Source: Euryarchaeota archaeon UBA130 (GTDB taxonomy: Archaea > Thermoplasmatota > Poseidoniia > Poseidoniales > Thalassarchaeaceae). From it: DNA of 58,385 bases. Below, piece by piece: positions 37,801 to 47,207 of this stretch. The position numbers and the translations under genes are program-made. The number at the start of each line of letters is the position of its first letter. Positions within the stretch are counted from its first letter, which is position 1. The notes below the pieces were generated by a model, which saw nothing but the letters and a program-made list of their open reading frames with translations, was not told where the DNA came from and did no database searches. The stretch spans positions 1 to 58,385 of the forward strand of contig DAVY01000011.1 of NCBI GenBank assembly GCA_002505775.1. Direction: 5' to 3'.

Positions 37801-40580
37801 AGGCAAGATATGCCTGTTCTTGGAACAAAGCAAACAGGGGAATTAACCCACTCAATGGCTCCGATTCATTGAATAATCCAGATGGGGATGGATATGACGT
37901 CAATATGGACGGCTCGCTGTCTTTAGATGAACAACTAGTTAATTGGCTTGAATATCATTTGAAAGATCAAATTATTTTCGATGATGAAACAGAATCTGGG
38001 CTACCATTCCCAGAAAACTTCACTACGAACTTATCCCATACATCATGGCTTGGATTAGCCCCTGGATCCTTTGGAGAATTTACTAGTTCCGCTTATCTAA
38101 GTCTGATTAATGGTACGACAACTAATGATGTTGGTTCTGGAAATCCTCTTTCCTCAGATTCTGACAGAGACGGAATGCCTGATGGATGGGAATTTTATCA
38201 TGCTAGATGGAGCCTTTTCGAAGAGCATTGGACTCTAAATCCCGTGGATGAGAGAGACCAAGATGGAGACCCAGACGGAGATGGGATGAACAATTGGGAG
38301 GAATACAATTCAATTGATGGAAACTTGAGTGAAACCGACCCACTGGTCACATCTCCTCAATTTTACCTACTAAGAGTAGGTGGAGAACTGCTACCGACCC
38401 CCTGGCTTTCCGCTGAATCAACGCTATCATTCGGGCATTTTATGTCAGATGATCAGAGAAACTCTACGGGATTGACTGCAGACCCCAATGATCCGGATAC
38501 GGATGGAGATGGTCTATTGGATGGAATCGAACTGATATTCACCAGATGGAATTCAACCGATTCTGTGTGGACCCTTAATCCGTTAGTCGCTGGTGATGGA
38601 TATTACGACTCAGATTTGGATGGGATCACTGACCAGGTGGAGCTCAACCTAACCAATAATAATCCCGCAAATGGTGCACTCTCTCCTCCAGACGCCCCTA
38701 GAATGTGGGAAGAAGCAGATTCGATAGATCCAACTGAGGCCAACAATAGAGTATTTAGGATATTATTTGGAAAGGAAGGAAAGGCTAAGATTGCCATGGA
38801 GCAGTATCAAGATTGGCTGTCTGGAATGCCTGCTAAGCCACTACTTTCTGCTCTACTGGGAATTTCTGATCCAAATGACGTTGATACCGATAGGGATGGA
38901 ATGAGTGACGGCTACGAATATTGGTTTACCCAGTGGAATCTCGAAGAAAATATCTGGGAGATGAACCTACTTACCGGATCAGATGTATACAGGGACTCAG
39001 ATGGAGACTCCTACGACTGTGACGGAGACGGTCAAATTTCTGACTCCGAGTCATTTGATAATCTGGCAGAATATGAATCGAAAATATATGGTAAGAAAAT
39101 AGCCGTTGGGACAATCCCTAATGAGACTGGCTTGGTTTCATATGGTGCGGATTCCATCAATGCTTTCATGGACGAGGAAGGGATGAATTACGATGCAGCA
39201 TTTGGCCAACTGTATGATATTTTCAAGAGCAAGAGCATAGAATCCTCAGACAGAATGGGCCTGATTAATTCTGTAAATTCAGATAATTTCAATTTTAGTC
39301 TGGCGGGCATAAGTGACCCCACAGATGAAGACTCTGATTCAGACAATATGCCAGATGGCTGGGAGTTCTGTTACTCGGTGTATGGGGAATTCCTTCCAGT
39401 GAATGACTATCGCTGGTCCCTCAATCCAGTAAACCCATTGGATATTAATTATGACCCAGATTCAGACGGTTGGTTTGATAGGCAAATCTCAGATATTCCA
39501 GCATCACAGGGACTTTGGGAGGCGAGACAATTCACAGAATATTCTCAGGAGTGGCAATTAGGCCAGGGCACACAACCACTACTTTTCTCAAATTGGATGG
39601 AGTATGAGAATGGGACACACCCATTGGATGAAGATTCAGATGATGATTCAATTGTAATGAGACCAGTCTTTGTTGATGGACTAGTTGACTCCTATTTACG
39701 TGACGGCAATCTATCAGACGGTAGGGAGATCTTCAAGTATGGAACAAATCCACTGGATAATGATACCGATGGAGATATGATGCCAGACTTCTATGAGTAT
39801 TATCGAGGATGGAATGAGACAAATGATAATTGGTCTTCCCTGATGCATATTTCTGTAGTATGGCATCAAGTTACCTCAGTAGTTTGGAAGCCTGTCCAGG
39901 TTTCAAATGGCGCTATCTCAAGGCCGGCACTGGATTGGGCTTGGTTCACTCATGATCCAACGGATCCAACAGATGCAGGTCAAGATGCCGATAATGATGG
40001 GTCCTGGGATTGCTCAGGGGGTAGCTGTGTCTATCAGCCGTTCAATAATTTCCAAGAATACTATGGCGTAGTGAATGCCTCCATGTCATCGCCCTCACTT
40101 ATCCGAGACTCTAGTATTCTAGATTGCGCTGGAAACCAAGTTTCAGAATGGTGGCAACTAAGGGAGAGTCTTCTGGGTACGTGCTCAGGGAGCTCAGCAA
40201 TATCCACCAATTATTTCAGAATGAATAAGATAAATGATAATGATATGCTATATGCATTGGTCATTCAGGATAATGACTTGGATTATGAGAATGTGGATAA
40301 CAGTAATGACATTACCCTGCTGAATGGAGAATGGGCGGATTCATTCAACAGGATTGCAGGCGACCAATACCATTTGCCTAATATTTTCCTAGGCGAGTAC
40401 GTCTATGGTTGGTGGGTCCTAGACATAGACGGAGATCAGATTGCCGATGGTACTGATCCCACTAATTGGGATACTGATGGGGACTGGCTGAACGATCATT
40501 TCGAGATTGAAGATGATTTGTTAGATGGCCTAAGGGGGAATAGCGGGTCCCCAATAAGATACGACGATAGATCAACCTAG
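34842..40580 (+). CDS. Secreted thrombospondin type-3-like Ca-binding repeat protein with a central beta-propeller-like domain
   Basis: Signal peptide MRRKQTAAFIVLLLLSSLAF; roughly two dozen DxDxDG(xxDGWE) repeats; a repeat-free segment at about aa 365-745. Confidence 0.85.
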   Translation: MRRKQTAAFIVLLLLSSLAFVSQTRPQSPVDSTNPTDAGGGAPPATDVDEDRIPDQYESIYGENVIFEDPFGNFEVLGLDMNNGTDNMSDHDRDGAVALLEYCWPYTLDKCFTDRLSLTGKPPELTQSGNREYLDPTKADTDGDGLPDGYEIHMCTEGGLGYLNATNAWTCLWFDPLDPSDRVEDIDRCDDFSFGCGDGFDVNRDGDIDITERYSNAEEYSFGIPDYWITERDGLWCSGTIQGLSESSCQDIFERPTGDSGWLGTDPTRSDSDYYSWSDLLASGLVVPGDGIPDGWEAHYGLDPRNASDAIADSDNDGWDMDRDGFVIPDTSTATSAWGEAFSNYEEYMVHFDDGSWVKPGVRGTAGTSHGGPVLFFDQSTQTPLVDGAVHSMLKDTDQERILVGSKYGITALDPLGGVSSTHELRAGLEMTSMIRWSPSESSDFMIIGTNQGVHCVSMENGLPIMSSVSESEIGRVINMLELNTGGNNLDLLVFGENKAWTLSFADQGINGDCWSGGQSIGISSEAPNTELNEILSDAEVSVNDAIQVPMIGRGPLLLLATDSGLIAWNTTDGITSAGNPWWVFDIEDAETFVRMADLLNESKSAVVNVLEPAGPLLQDGNLEEITGVWMGTAGGLHLIDLSIFIQMPRSSISNDRMFNSERWSEGANDIHSVLAIDGMVVLGSKDGTWCLEGGHTGVLGPYSNQTRMPGLVTNLVSMEEGEENWIFAGASPGRFMNIMPIDPMSRDSDFDGMPDGWEFSHGLDPTDPFDRYRDADADGVSFPLIDGTIFTRDWSNLEEYRYVNSSEFGMNGTDPRNIDSDGDGLTDGEEYWGWFMDSTSFECHYLNENYVCDESSSQTETVHLEGWLGSGAGGGTDGPTDPSNPDTDGDGMPDGWEIENRRWVGDIYTGGNLWTLDPRNPNDADEDADGDGLSNLCEYQWSQIIDDVIREGLPSHGESNESALSWIPTDPNNMDSDGDSLPDGWEARYACSWNKANRGINPLNGSDSLNNPDGDGYDVNMDGSLSLDEQLVNWLEYHLKDQIIFDDETESGLPFPENFTTNLSHTSWLGLAPGSFGEFTSSAYLSLINGTTTNDVGSGNPLSSDSDRDGMPDGWEFYHARWSLFEEHWTLNPVDERDQDGDPDGDGMNNWEEYNSIDGNLSETDPLVTSPQFYLLRVGGELLPTPWLSAESTLSFGHFMSDDQRNSTGLTADPNDPDTDGDGLLDGIELIFTRWNSTDSVWTLNPLVAGDGYYDSDLDGITDQVELNLTNNNPANGALSPPDAPRMWEEADSIDPTEANNRVFRILFGKEGKAKIAMEQYQDWLSGMPAKPLLSALLGISDPNDVDTDRDGMSDGYEYWFTQWNLEENIWEMNLLTGSDVYRDSDGDSYDCDGDGQISDSESFDNLAEYESKIYGKKIAVGTIPNETGLVSYGADSINAFMDEEGMNYDAAFGQLYDIFKSKSIESSDRMGLINSVNSDNFNFSLAGISDPTDEDSDSDNMPDGWEFCYSVYGEFLPVNDYRWSLNPVNPLDINYDPDSDGWFDRQISDIPASQGLWEARQFTEYSQEWQLGQGTQPLLFSNWMEYENGTHPLDEDSDDDSIVMRPVFVDGLVDSYLRDGNLSDGREIFKYGTNPLDNDTDGDMMPDFYEYYRGWNETNDNWSSLMHISVVWHQVTSVVWKPVQVSNGAISRPALDWAWFTHDPTDPTDAGQDADNDGSWDCSGGSCVYQPFNNFQEYYGVVNASMSSPSLIRDSSILDCAGNQVSEWWQLRESLLGTCSGSSAISTNYFRMNKINDNDMLYALVIQDNDLDYENVDNSNDITLLNGEWADSFNRIAGDQYHLPNIFLGEYVYGWWVLDIDGDQIADGTDPTNWDTDGDWLNDHFEIEDDLLDGLRGNSGSPIRYDDRST

Positions 40581-40611
40581 TACTCATGAATGACCTCCTC
40601 TTGGACCGTAC

Positions 40612-41085
40612 ATGGACGGTCATGGCGGCCAAATCCCCAGTCCCTCATCTTCAGTCGAGGAGAAGCAACTATTCCTACATGAGAATATGGTTAATTTCGT
40701 CAATCAGTATAGTCAACCAATCATCGAAGTATCTTTGGTGGTATCAAAATACATTCGAATAATATTAGAAAAGTTACAGGAAACAGCTTCATTAAGTGAC
40801 GAAACTCTCCCTATCGAGATATTTTCCCCTCGCGAATTACAGGCGGTTAATGAGCCCCCTATTTTAGATTCATTCCCTCTTGAGAGGGTACTTGAGTCAG
40901 TCGACCAAGATAGGATGGACATACTAGATACGATAGTTAGAACCGTGCTAAATGAGACAGAATTACCATTTTTATCCGCTCTTGCAGTCCTCAGGGATTG
41001 GGAATACGTAACAAGGTCGCAATTATCGAAATCAACCAGCCCAGGACATCTCTTTAGCCCGATACAACTCCCAGAAGATTTCTGA
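40612..41085 (+). CDS. Hypothetical protein (helical, probable twofold internal repeat)
   Basis: 157-aa ORF with TCATGAAT at -28; fills the gap between neighbouring genes. Confidence 0.7.
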   Translation: MDGHGGQIPSPSSSVEEKQLFLHENMVNFVNQYSQPIIEVSLVVSKYIRIILEKLQETASLSDETLPIEIFSPRELQAVNEPPILDSFPLERVLESVDQDRMDILDTIVRTVLNETELPFLSALAVLRDWEYVTRSQLSKSTSPGHLFSPIQLPEDF

Positions 41086-41086
41086 A

Positions 41087-41413
41087 CTATCTGGACCTTG
41101 CGACGATTCCGCTTGAGACCCACCATGCATCAACAATCGACCATAGGAATAATACGGGCCAGAGGAAGATTGACAATAGTAGTGGGAATTGAATTACAAA
41201 CCATCCAACAGATTTCCTATGTTGCCGATTGAAGTGCTGGCCCAGAAAAAGGAACGGGACTAGCGAAAGAATCACTGCAACAATGGGCCTCAATGCACCC
41301 CATGGGCCAACGCCTCCGCTTAACTCCCTCCAAATCACAGAGATTACTCCAGATGCAGTCACCTCATCCTCATGGGTTTCGGTAGGAAGGATGACGACAT
41401 AATCGTGCTCCAT
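41087..41413 (-). CDS. Small hypothetical membrane protein
   Basis: Likely start MEHDY at 41413; LGQHFNRQHRKS followed by TM helices and LWSIVDAW. Confidence 0.65.
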   Translation of the reverse strand: MEHDYVVILPTETHEDEVTASGVISVIWRELSGGVGPWGALRPIVAVILSLVPFLFLGQHFNRQHRKSVGWFVIQFPLLLSIFLWPVLFLWSIVDAWWVSSGIVARSR

Positions 41414-41498
41414 ATCGAATTGGAGGTAGCCAATATGGATGAATGTGACTGATAAATGATGCGAAAAAAACAATTCTTACCTTCTGTTCGCAAAAGTT

Positions 41499-42482
41499 GT
41501 GAGTGACCGGAAAGTTCTCTTGACGGGCTTTGAGCCATTCCACGATCAGCAAGTAAACGAATCATCCCAGGTTGTAAAAGAAATTCTCAACTCAGGTTTA
41601 GAAGGTGTACAGATATCCCATAAAATTCTGACAGTGGATTTGGCGGGCTCAATCACCCCTTCGAAAATTTTAGACAATGAAGAATTCGATGCTGTATTGC
41701 TTCTCGGACTTTCGAGAAAATCAAACATTATTCAATTGGAAAGGTATGCCAGAAATAAAATCTCAATGAAATTCCCTGATAACTCTGGCAGGAAATTAGA
41801 CAATGAAATTATTCAACACAATTATCCAGATATGATTGAGACAACAGTGAGTATTCACAATTTCGATGAAGAATTTGACTCAGATGATGACGTTAAGTGG
41901 AGCACCGATGCCGGGAGCTTTGTTTGTAATGAAACCTATTTCAGAACTCTGGCATCCAATTCCAGAATTCCAGTACTGTTTATACACCTCCCGAAAGCAG
42001 ATAGAGTGAGTTTAGGAAGGCAAATTGAAGTAGTTTCAAGAGCGGTCATTCTGATGATAAATAGGCCAAAATTAAGCGTAGTCGGCGCTTTGCTGAGAGA
42101 TAAGAAAAATAGGATTTTCTCATGTATGAGGCCCGAAGGAGACGCTTGGTCCGGATGGTGGGAGTTTCCTGGGGGGAAGGTAGATCCGGGCGAATCAATG
42201 CAGGAAGCTCTATCTAGAGAAATAAAGGAAGAGCTAGGGATTTTAGTCAACCCAAAATCAAAAATATGCGAAATTGACTATTCATACAAGGACAGGGATG
42301 TGAATCTAAATATTTTTGATTGTGGATTAGTCGATCCCCAAGATATCACTCTCAAAGAGCACGGAGACTCTCGATGGTTGGCCAGGGAAGAATTACTGGA
42401 AGTAAAATGGCTACCAGCAGATTTGCCAACAATCGAAGATTGGTACCTAAATGGCATTCCACAGTCTAATCTGGACCCCTGA
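41499..42482 (+). CDS. Pyroglutamyl-peptidase I (C15) fused to a MutT-like Nudix hydrolase
   Basis: VLLTGFEPF, QLERYARN (Glu), DAGSFVCNETYF (Cys), FIHLP (His); Nudix box WEFPGGKVDPGESMQEALSREIKEELG and WLPAD. Confidence 0.9.
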   Translation: MSDRKVLLTGFEPFHDQQVNESSQVVKEILNSGLEGVQISHKILTVDLAGSITPSKILDNEEFDAVLLLGLSRKSNIIQLERYARNKISMKFPDNSGRKLDNEIIQHNYPDMIETTVSIHNFDEEFDSDDDVKWSTDAGSFVCNETYFRTLASNSRIPVLFIHLPKADRVSLGRQIEVVSRAVILMINRPKLSVVGALLRDKKNRIFSCMRPEGDAWSGWWEFPGGKVDPGESMQEALSREIKEELGILVNPKSKICEIDYSYKDRDVNLNIFDCGLVDPQDITLKEHGDSRWLAREELLEVKWLPADLPTIEDWYLNGIPQSNLDP

Positions 42483-42996
42483 TTGAGTTTCCACTTTTGT
42501 CGAACCACTCTGTGTATCTTCCATCTCTCTGCATCGAAATATCGTCTCCGACGTATCTCGGAACTCCTCTCCTGCCCTCGTGCCATGTTACAGATTCCAG
42601 CCATAGCAATAACTTAGTGCCAGAGATGCAAACATCTATGCTTCCCCCGAACACTCTTTCACCCAAGGTGAAGGAGACTTTTCCAGCCATAGACGCAAGT
42701 CTAGAAATCGAGAACTCACAGATGCTGTTGTCCCCATCAATTGTCATCGCATCTAATGCTGTGTCAAGTATTGACTGCCTCCTAATTGCATCCAAGAACA
42801 AGTCCAGTGATGAAGAGAAACCATGAATAATTTCATGAGAATTGTTTGAGGGGAAGCCACCATCCCTTGAAGGCAAATCTGGATTCCAATCTGGAAAAAA
42901 TGACCTTACAGAATTTACAACCAAATCTAGGTCCTCATAAGGCTGTATTGTGGTAGAGACCTCAATCTCCCTTATCATGGCCAGACGACGTGGCAT
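42466..42996 (-). CDS. UPF0201/DUF54 family putative RNA-binding protein
   Basis: IQPYEDLDLVVNSVRSFFP, IRRQSILDTA and FSISRLASMAGKVSF resemble the archaeal DUF54 pattern. Confidence 0.72.
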   Translation of the reverse strand: MPRRLAMIREIEVSTTIQPYEDLDLVVNSVRSFFPDWNPDLPSRDGGFPSNNSHEIIHGFSSSLDLFLDAIRRQSILDTALDAMTIDGDNSICEFSISRLASMAGKVSFTLGERVFGGSIDVCISGTKLLLWLESVTWHEGRRGVPRYVGDDISMQRDGRYTEWFDKSGNSIRGPD

Positions 42997-43065
42997 AGGC
43001 TGAAAGTTATGTTGCTCGAATCTTCAACACGAATGGTTCAAATGGTAAATTTCTGAGCGGTTACC

Positions 43066-43830
43066 ATGACCAATCGTTCTCCAGCAATATCGTTGGCATT
43101 ATTAATTGCGCCAACAATGTGTATTGTCGCAGTCAGATTTGGAATTCCTGCCCTGGATGAAGTCATTTCAAACGATTTCATTCTAGAAGCCTCATTGCAT
43201 ATTGTTGCAATCCTTGTTGGGTTGTTTATGCTTACCAGATATTCCAGAATAGAAGATCATGAGTATCATAGATCCAAAGCGATAAGGAGATTGTCCAAGA
43301 CTTACAAGAGTGAGGATAGGGGACTGTGGGACGAGAAGTCAGATAAGGCCCTACAGAAACTAGAGTCTAAGGCAAACTCAACTGGCTCAAGGGCAAACAA
43401 AAAGATTACTAAAAGGATGTCAGGCAATATCGGCAGCCTGAATACTGAGATGAGTGAAACCGAGGTCGAAGACGGGTATGAAGCCGAGGTCCGTGTTTCA
43501 GGCATGCAGACCATCGTTGACGAAGAAGCGATCGATGAGACAAAGAAAAAACAAAGTAAAACTTCTATCTCCAAGCTACTCAGCTCATCATTAGACAGAT
43601 CAGCAGAGCGGAGACTCCAGAAAATAAAAAACAAACAAGAAAAGGCAAAAATGAAGGCGCAGAAGAAATCAGCCAAAAAGAACTCCAAGTCCAAGACGGG
43701 AAACAGTCCATGGGATGGTTCAGCCACAACATCTACAGTGAGGTCTGTAGTATCATGTGGCCAGTGTGGTGTCATCAATAACAGTGGTTCTCAGTACTGC
43801 ACATCATGCGGAAATTTATTGATTCAATAG
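43066..43830 (+). CDS. Hypothetical membrane protein with a Lys-rich linker and C-terminal zinc ribbon
   Basis: Two N-terminal TM helices; CGQCG...YCTSCG at the C-terminus; TTCAAA at -29. Confidence 0.75.
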   Translation: MTNRSPAISLALLIAPTMCIVAVRFGIPALDEVISNDFILEASLHIVAILVGLFMLTRYSRIEDHEYHRSKAIRRLSKTYKSEDRGLWDEKSDKALQKLESKANSTGSRANKKITKRMSGNIGSLNTEMSETEVEDGYEAEVRVSGMQTIVDEEAIDETKKKQSKTSISKLLSSSLDRSAERRLQKIKNKQEKAKMKAQKKSAKKNSKSKTGNSPWDGSATTSTVRSVVSCGQCGVINNSGSQYCTSCGNLLIQ

Positions 43831-43869
43831 GGAACGATTCAAATCACCCCCTACACAGCAACCAACAAG

Positions 43870-45006
43870 ATGACGGAGAAGAGGGACTACTACGAGGTTC
43901 TCGGCGTAAGCAGGAATGCCTCCGATGGAGACATCAGGAAGGCGTTTAGGTCATTAGCGAGAAAATTTCATCCCGACAAGAATCCCGATGATTCTGATGC
44001 AGAGAAAAAATTCAAAGAAGTACAGGAGGCTTATGCCATTCTCTCAAATCCAGAGGAGAAAAGAAAGTACGATATGTTCGGCCACAATGGGCCGGGAGGA
44101 TCTCCTTTCGGGCCCGGAGGATTCCAAGGGGTCAACATAAGTCTCGACGATTTATTCGGAGGAGGTTTCGATGGCATCTTCAACCAATTCTTCGGATCAT
44201 CAAGGAGGAGGTCAACCAAAGGTGACGATCTCATCTATCGTCACACGGTCCCCTTCCAAGTAGCAATGGACGGTTCTGAAGAAGAGATAGAGATAGAGGC
44301 GTTAAGAAATTGCAAAGACTGTGATGGTTCTGGCTCCAAAGATCCAAAGAATGTCAAATCCTGTCCGGCATGTGATGGGAGGGGAAGGGTTGAGAGGCTG
44401 GAGAGACTTGGGCCATTCACCCAAAGATCCGTCTCAGAGTGCCCATCATGTGGAGGAATGGGAAAAATAATTTCAGACCCATGCGATTCATGCCGTGGAC
44501 AGGGAAGGTCCCAACAGAGTAAGAGGGTTAAGTTCACAATACCACCTGGGATAACCTCTGGAGTCAGGCTAAGAATGAGGGGATATGGAGGGGCTTCAAG
44601 AACAGAAAATGGGCTCCCGGGAGATCTATACATTGAGATAGAGGTGCAGAGGCACCCATGGTTTGAGAGGGACTCCTCCGATTTACTAATGGGCCTCCCT
44701 GTAGGATTCTCAGACCTCGTTATAGGATCAAAAATTGAGCTACCACATATCGATGGAAAGAGCCTGACTGTAAAAATAGACGCTGGATCGGAACCTGGGG
44801 ATACTATTGAGATAAAAGGAAGGGGCCTACCTATTCAAGGGAGTTCAAGAAGGGGTTCGGTAATGGTCGTGTTAAAATTGGACATGCCAAAAAAACTAAC
44901 CAGAGAACAGAAGAAGAAGATATCATCTATGGCAGATTTACTTGGGTCAGATACAGAGGGAATCGAGGACAGGATTAGGAGAGAGGCTTCTAGGAGAAGA
45001 GGGTAA
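43870..45006 (+). CDS. dnaJ: Molecular chaperone DnaJ
   Basis: DYYEVLGV, HPD motif, G/F-rich region, four CxxCxGxG repeats, PGDLY. Confidence 0.97.
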   Translation: MTEKRDYYEVLGVSRNASDGDIRKAFRSLARKFHPDKNPDDSDAEKKFKEVQEAYAILSNPEEKRKYDMFGHNGPGGSPFGPGGFQGVNISLDDLFGGGFDGIFNQFFGSSRRRSTKGDDLIYRHTVPFQVAMDGSEEEIEIEALRNCKDCDGSGSKDPKNVKSCPACDGRGRVERLERLGPFTQRSVSECPSCGGMGKIISDPCDSCRGQGRSQQSKRVKFTIPPGITSGVRLRMRGYGGASRTENGLPGDLYIEIEVQRHPWFERDSSDLLMGLPVGFSDLVIGSKIELPHIDGKSLTVKIDAGSEPGDTIEIKGRGLPIQGSSRRGSVMVVLKLDMPKKLTREQKKKISSMADLLGSDTEGIEDRIRREASRRRG

Positions 45007-47145
45007 TCACTTCTCTTCATCCCATGATAAGGACTCTCTTGGCACTGCGGCTAATGGCTCACCATCAACCAAACCAGATATCTCCAGCTCTATATTTGAA
45101 GGATTACCCCCTATTGAAATTCTCAAGAATTTCTTACTGTGAGGCTCTATTGTATCGAGGAAAATATCTTGCCCTTCACAAATATAAGAAGGATTTATAC
45201 CGCCAATTTCAACATTTGAACCCTCGGGAGAATTCAGATTTAATGCCGCTAGGCTCCACTTCTTTTCGAATGCCCTGATTCCAACGATAAGGAAACTACC
45301 GTTCATGGGACGCCATGCGCAAATCTCAATCTGTTCGGTCATATGCCTGAGGTCTGGGCTCCCCCACTCCTCTAGTACACCCTCCCATGGAGTTTCTCCC
45401 AATTTCCCTAAGGCACTTTCAATCTCTCTTGGGCCAATTATATCTTTAATATTGGACTTTGTGAGTTTTTCCCTGAGCCTACTCAATCTCTCAATGTCAT
45501 GTTTTTCGTTAACTTTCGAATCTAAGCCTCTTTGGATGATGGTAGAACGATTCCACCACAGGACCACAAGTAATGGAAGGATCATCAAAAATCCAATTAG
45601 AATATAGAAGTTGGTAAATAGATGGGACATGTCCCTGTACTCCCCATCATCGGGAATATTCTCACCCAAGTACAGTATTGTAAATTCATAACTCACATCC
45701 CCACTGATTGGAGACAGCCCCTCCACCCTAATCGCATGATTTCCCTTTGGCAAACTAATCATTGCCCCATTAGTATAATTCAAAATCTGCCAGCCATCCT
45801 GCTTCAATTCCTGAATCTGATATGTAACAGGCGAATCAATGTCCGATCTAATCATTACCAAGGAACCGTTTTCATCATTGATCTCTAACGGGTGAATGTC
45901 TACTGAATCCCCTAGTCCAAGACTCCCTGATACTGAACCAGGTCCAGGTCTTACATACGTCCAAAACTCAGAAGGCCCCGTTTCGGTCCAAAGAAAATCA
46001 GGAGCATCGCCCTTCAGACTTCCATCACCGTTGGTGTGTGGAGTAATCTCAATATACCATTCAGAAAGAACCTCGGATTTCATATTAAATTCCACGCCAG
46101 TTGTGGATTCCGGGGTTTGCAATTCTTCAGGACAACCCTCTAAATTTTCTAGAATCTTCCTTGTTATATTTCCTATTTTATGAACTACTATGTCGAGTGA
46201 AACACCTCCAGTAAATTCACACTCCAACTGCATCAAAATCTTTGATCCAGAAGACACCAAAATAGAGTCGCCCTCGACATCACCAGTTGAGATATGTCCT
46301 CGAAAGACATTGTCATTTGTGGAATTTGCATGTAATTGGTAATCATAGATCCATGGATTAGGCAACTCATGCCCATCAGGCCCCTCCTTGTCTCCGTCAA
46401 AACTGACTACATTAAACTGATATGGAGAGAAATCCCCCAAATTGGAATGTACTATACGAATCCAAAGTTCAGAATCCTGAGGATAATCTAACAGTAACCC
46501 ATCGAAGTCAGAAGATGAAATACTCCTGACGAGAGTTTTTCCCTCCCCTCTGTGCCATACTTCTAGGTCAACTAAATTTCTACTGTTGAAATCGGTAATT
46601 TTAACGACATCTCCGAAATCTCCCAATACCAATATTGCATCTTCATCAGAAGAGTTTTCCAAGGAACCAGTAAAAGTTACCTTATCTTTCTCCCAATTAC
46701 TTTTATCACACCTATTTAGTTGGCAAATAGAGGAATAATCAATGGACAGCCAGTCAGAATTCTGTCCGGGAGAAGGGACAATATCAGGTAGATCTTCCTC
46801 TTCCATTACTCCTTCATTATCGGTGGAGATTGAAGTGATGACAAAATCCTCTGGCCCCAGGGAATCACTGCCCGTTAGTTCCCATTCTACCGTATTATTT
46901 ATTATTCCACTCCATTCTACATGATGAGAATCTGAATAATGGAAGCTCTCGCCATCAGAAATAATTGATAGCTCCATTCCGGGACACGACTCTAGCTTAC
47001 ATGTGAACAGTATCCAGAAAGGCCCCGGCTCTTCGCTTTCCCCTTGTAAAATCGGCTCTGCCCCATTGCCTTCAGAGGAAATAGCCTGAGGGATCAATGA
47101 CAGTAGTAAAATTACTACAATCGCACTAGCCTGCGTCTCTCTCAT
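45007..47145 (-). CDS. Hypothetical single-pass membrane protein (signal peptide, PPC-like beta ectodomain repeats, TM, cytoplasmic domain)
   Basis: 712-aa ORF; repeated GSL..xD..D motifs; TM FYILIGFLMILPLLVVLWW; about 180-aa tail. Confidence 0.72.
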   Translation of the reverse strand: MRETQASAIVVILLLSLIPQAISSEGNGAEPILQGESEEPGPFWILFTCKLESCPGMELSIISDGESFHYSDSHHVEWSGIINNTVEWELTGSDSLGPEDFVITSISTDNEGVMEEEDLPDIVPSPGQNSDWLSIDYSSICQLNRCDKSNWEKDKVTFTGSLENSSDEDAILVLGDFGDVVKITDFNSRNLVDLEVWHRGEGKTLVRSISSSDFDGLLLDYPQDSELWIRIVHSNLGDFSPYQFNVVSFDGDKEGPDGHELPNPWIYDYQLHANSTNDNVFRGHISTGDVEGDSILVSSGSKILMQLECEFTGGVSLDIVVHKIGNITRKILENLEGCPEELQTPESTTGVEFNMKSEVLSEWYIEITPHTNGDGSLKGDAPDFLWTETGPSEFWTYVRPGPGSVSGSLGLGDSVDIHPLEINDENGSLVMIRSDIDSPVTYQIQELKQDGWQILNYTNGAMISLPKGNHAIRVEGLSPISGDVSYEFTILYLGENIPDDGEYRDMSHLFTNFYILIGFLMILPLLVVLWWNRSTIIQRGLDSKVNEKHDIERLSRLREKLTKSNIKDIIGPREIESALGKLGETPWEGVLEEWGSPDLRHMTEQIEICAWRPMNGSFLIVGIRAFEKKWSLAALNLNSPEGSNVEIGGINPSYICEGQDIFLDTIEPHSKKFLRISIGGNPSNIELEISGLVDGEPLAAVPRESLSWDEEK

Positions 47146-47194
47146 GGCTCTCGGAGACAGTCATACCTTAGAATCCTTCAAGCGAAAAGTTCAC

Positions 47195-47207
47195 TTCGGA
47201 CATATAT
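47195..47207. promoter_or_regulatory. TTCGGACATATAT, second copy of the candidate TF site
   Basis: Lies in the divergent region between the 45007-47145 gene and arcS, overlapping the arcS start codon. Confidence 0.4.

Noticed and set aside
34842-40580. Recurring GATGGATGGGA-like DNA words as a CRISPR array or tandem repeat
   Set aside because: They are codon-level echoes of the PDGWE protein repeats, irregularly spaced and inside an ORF; no cas genes are present.
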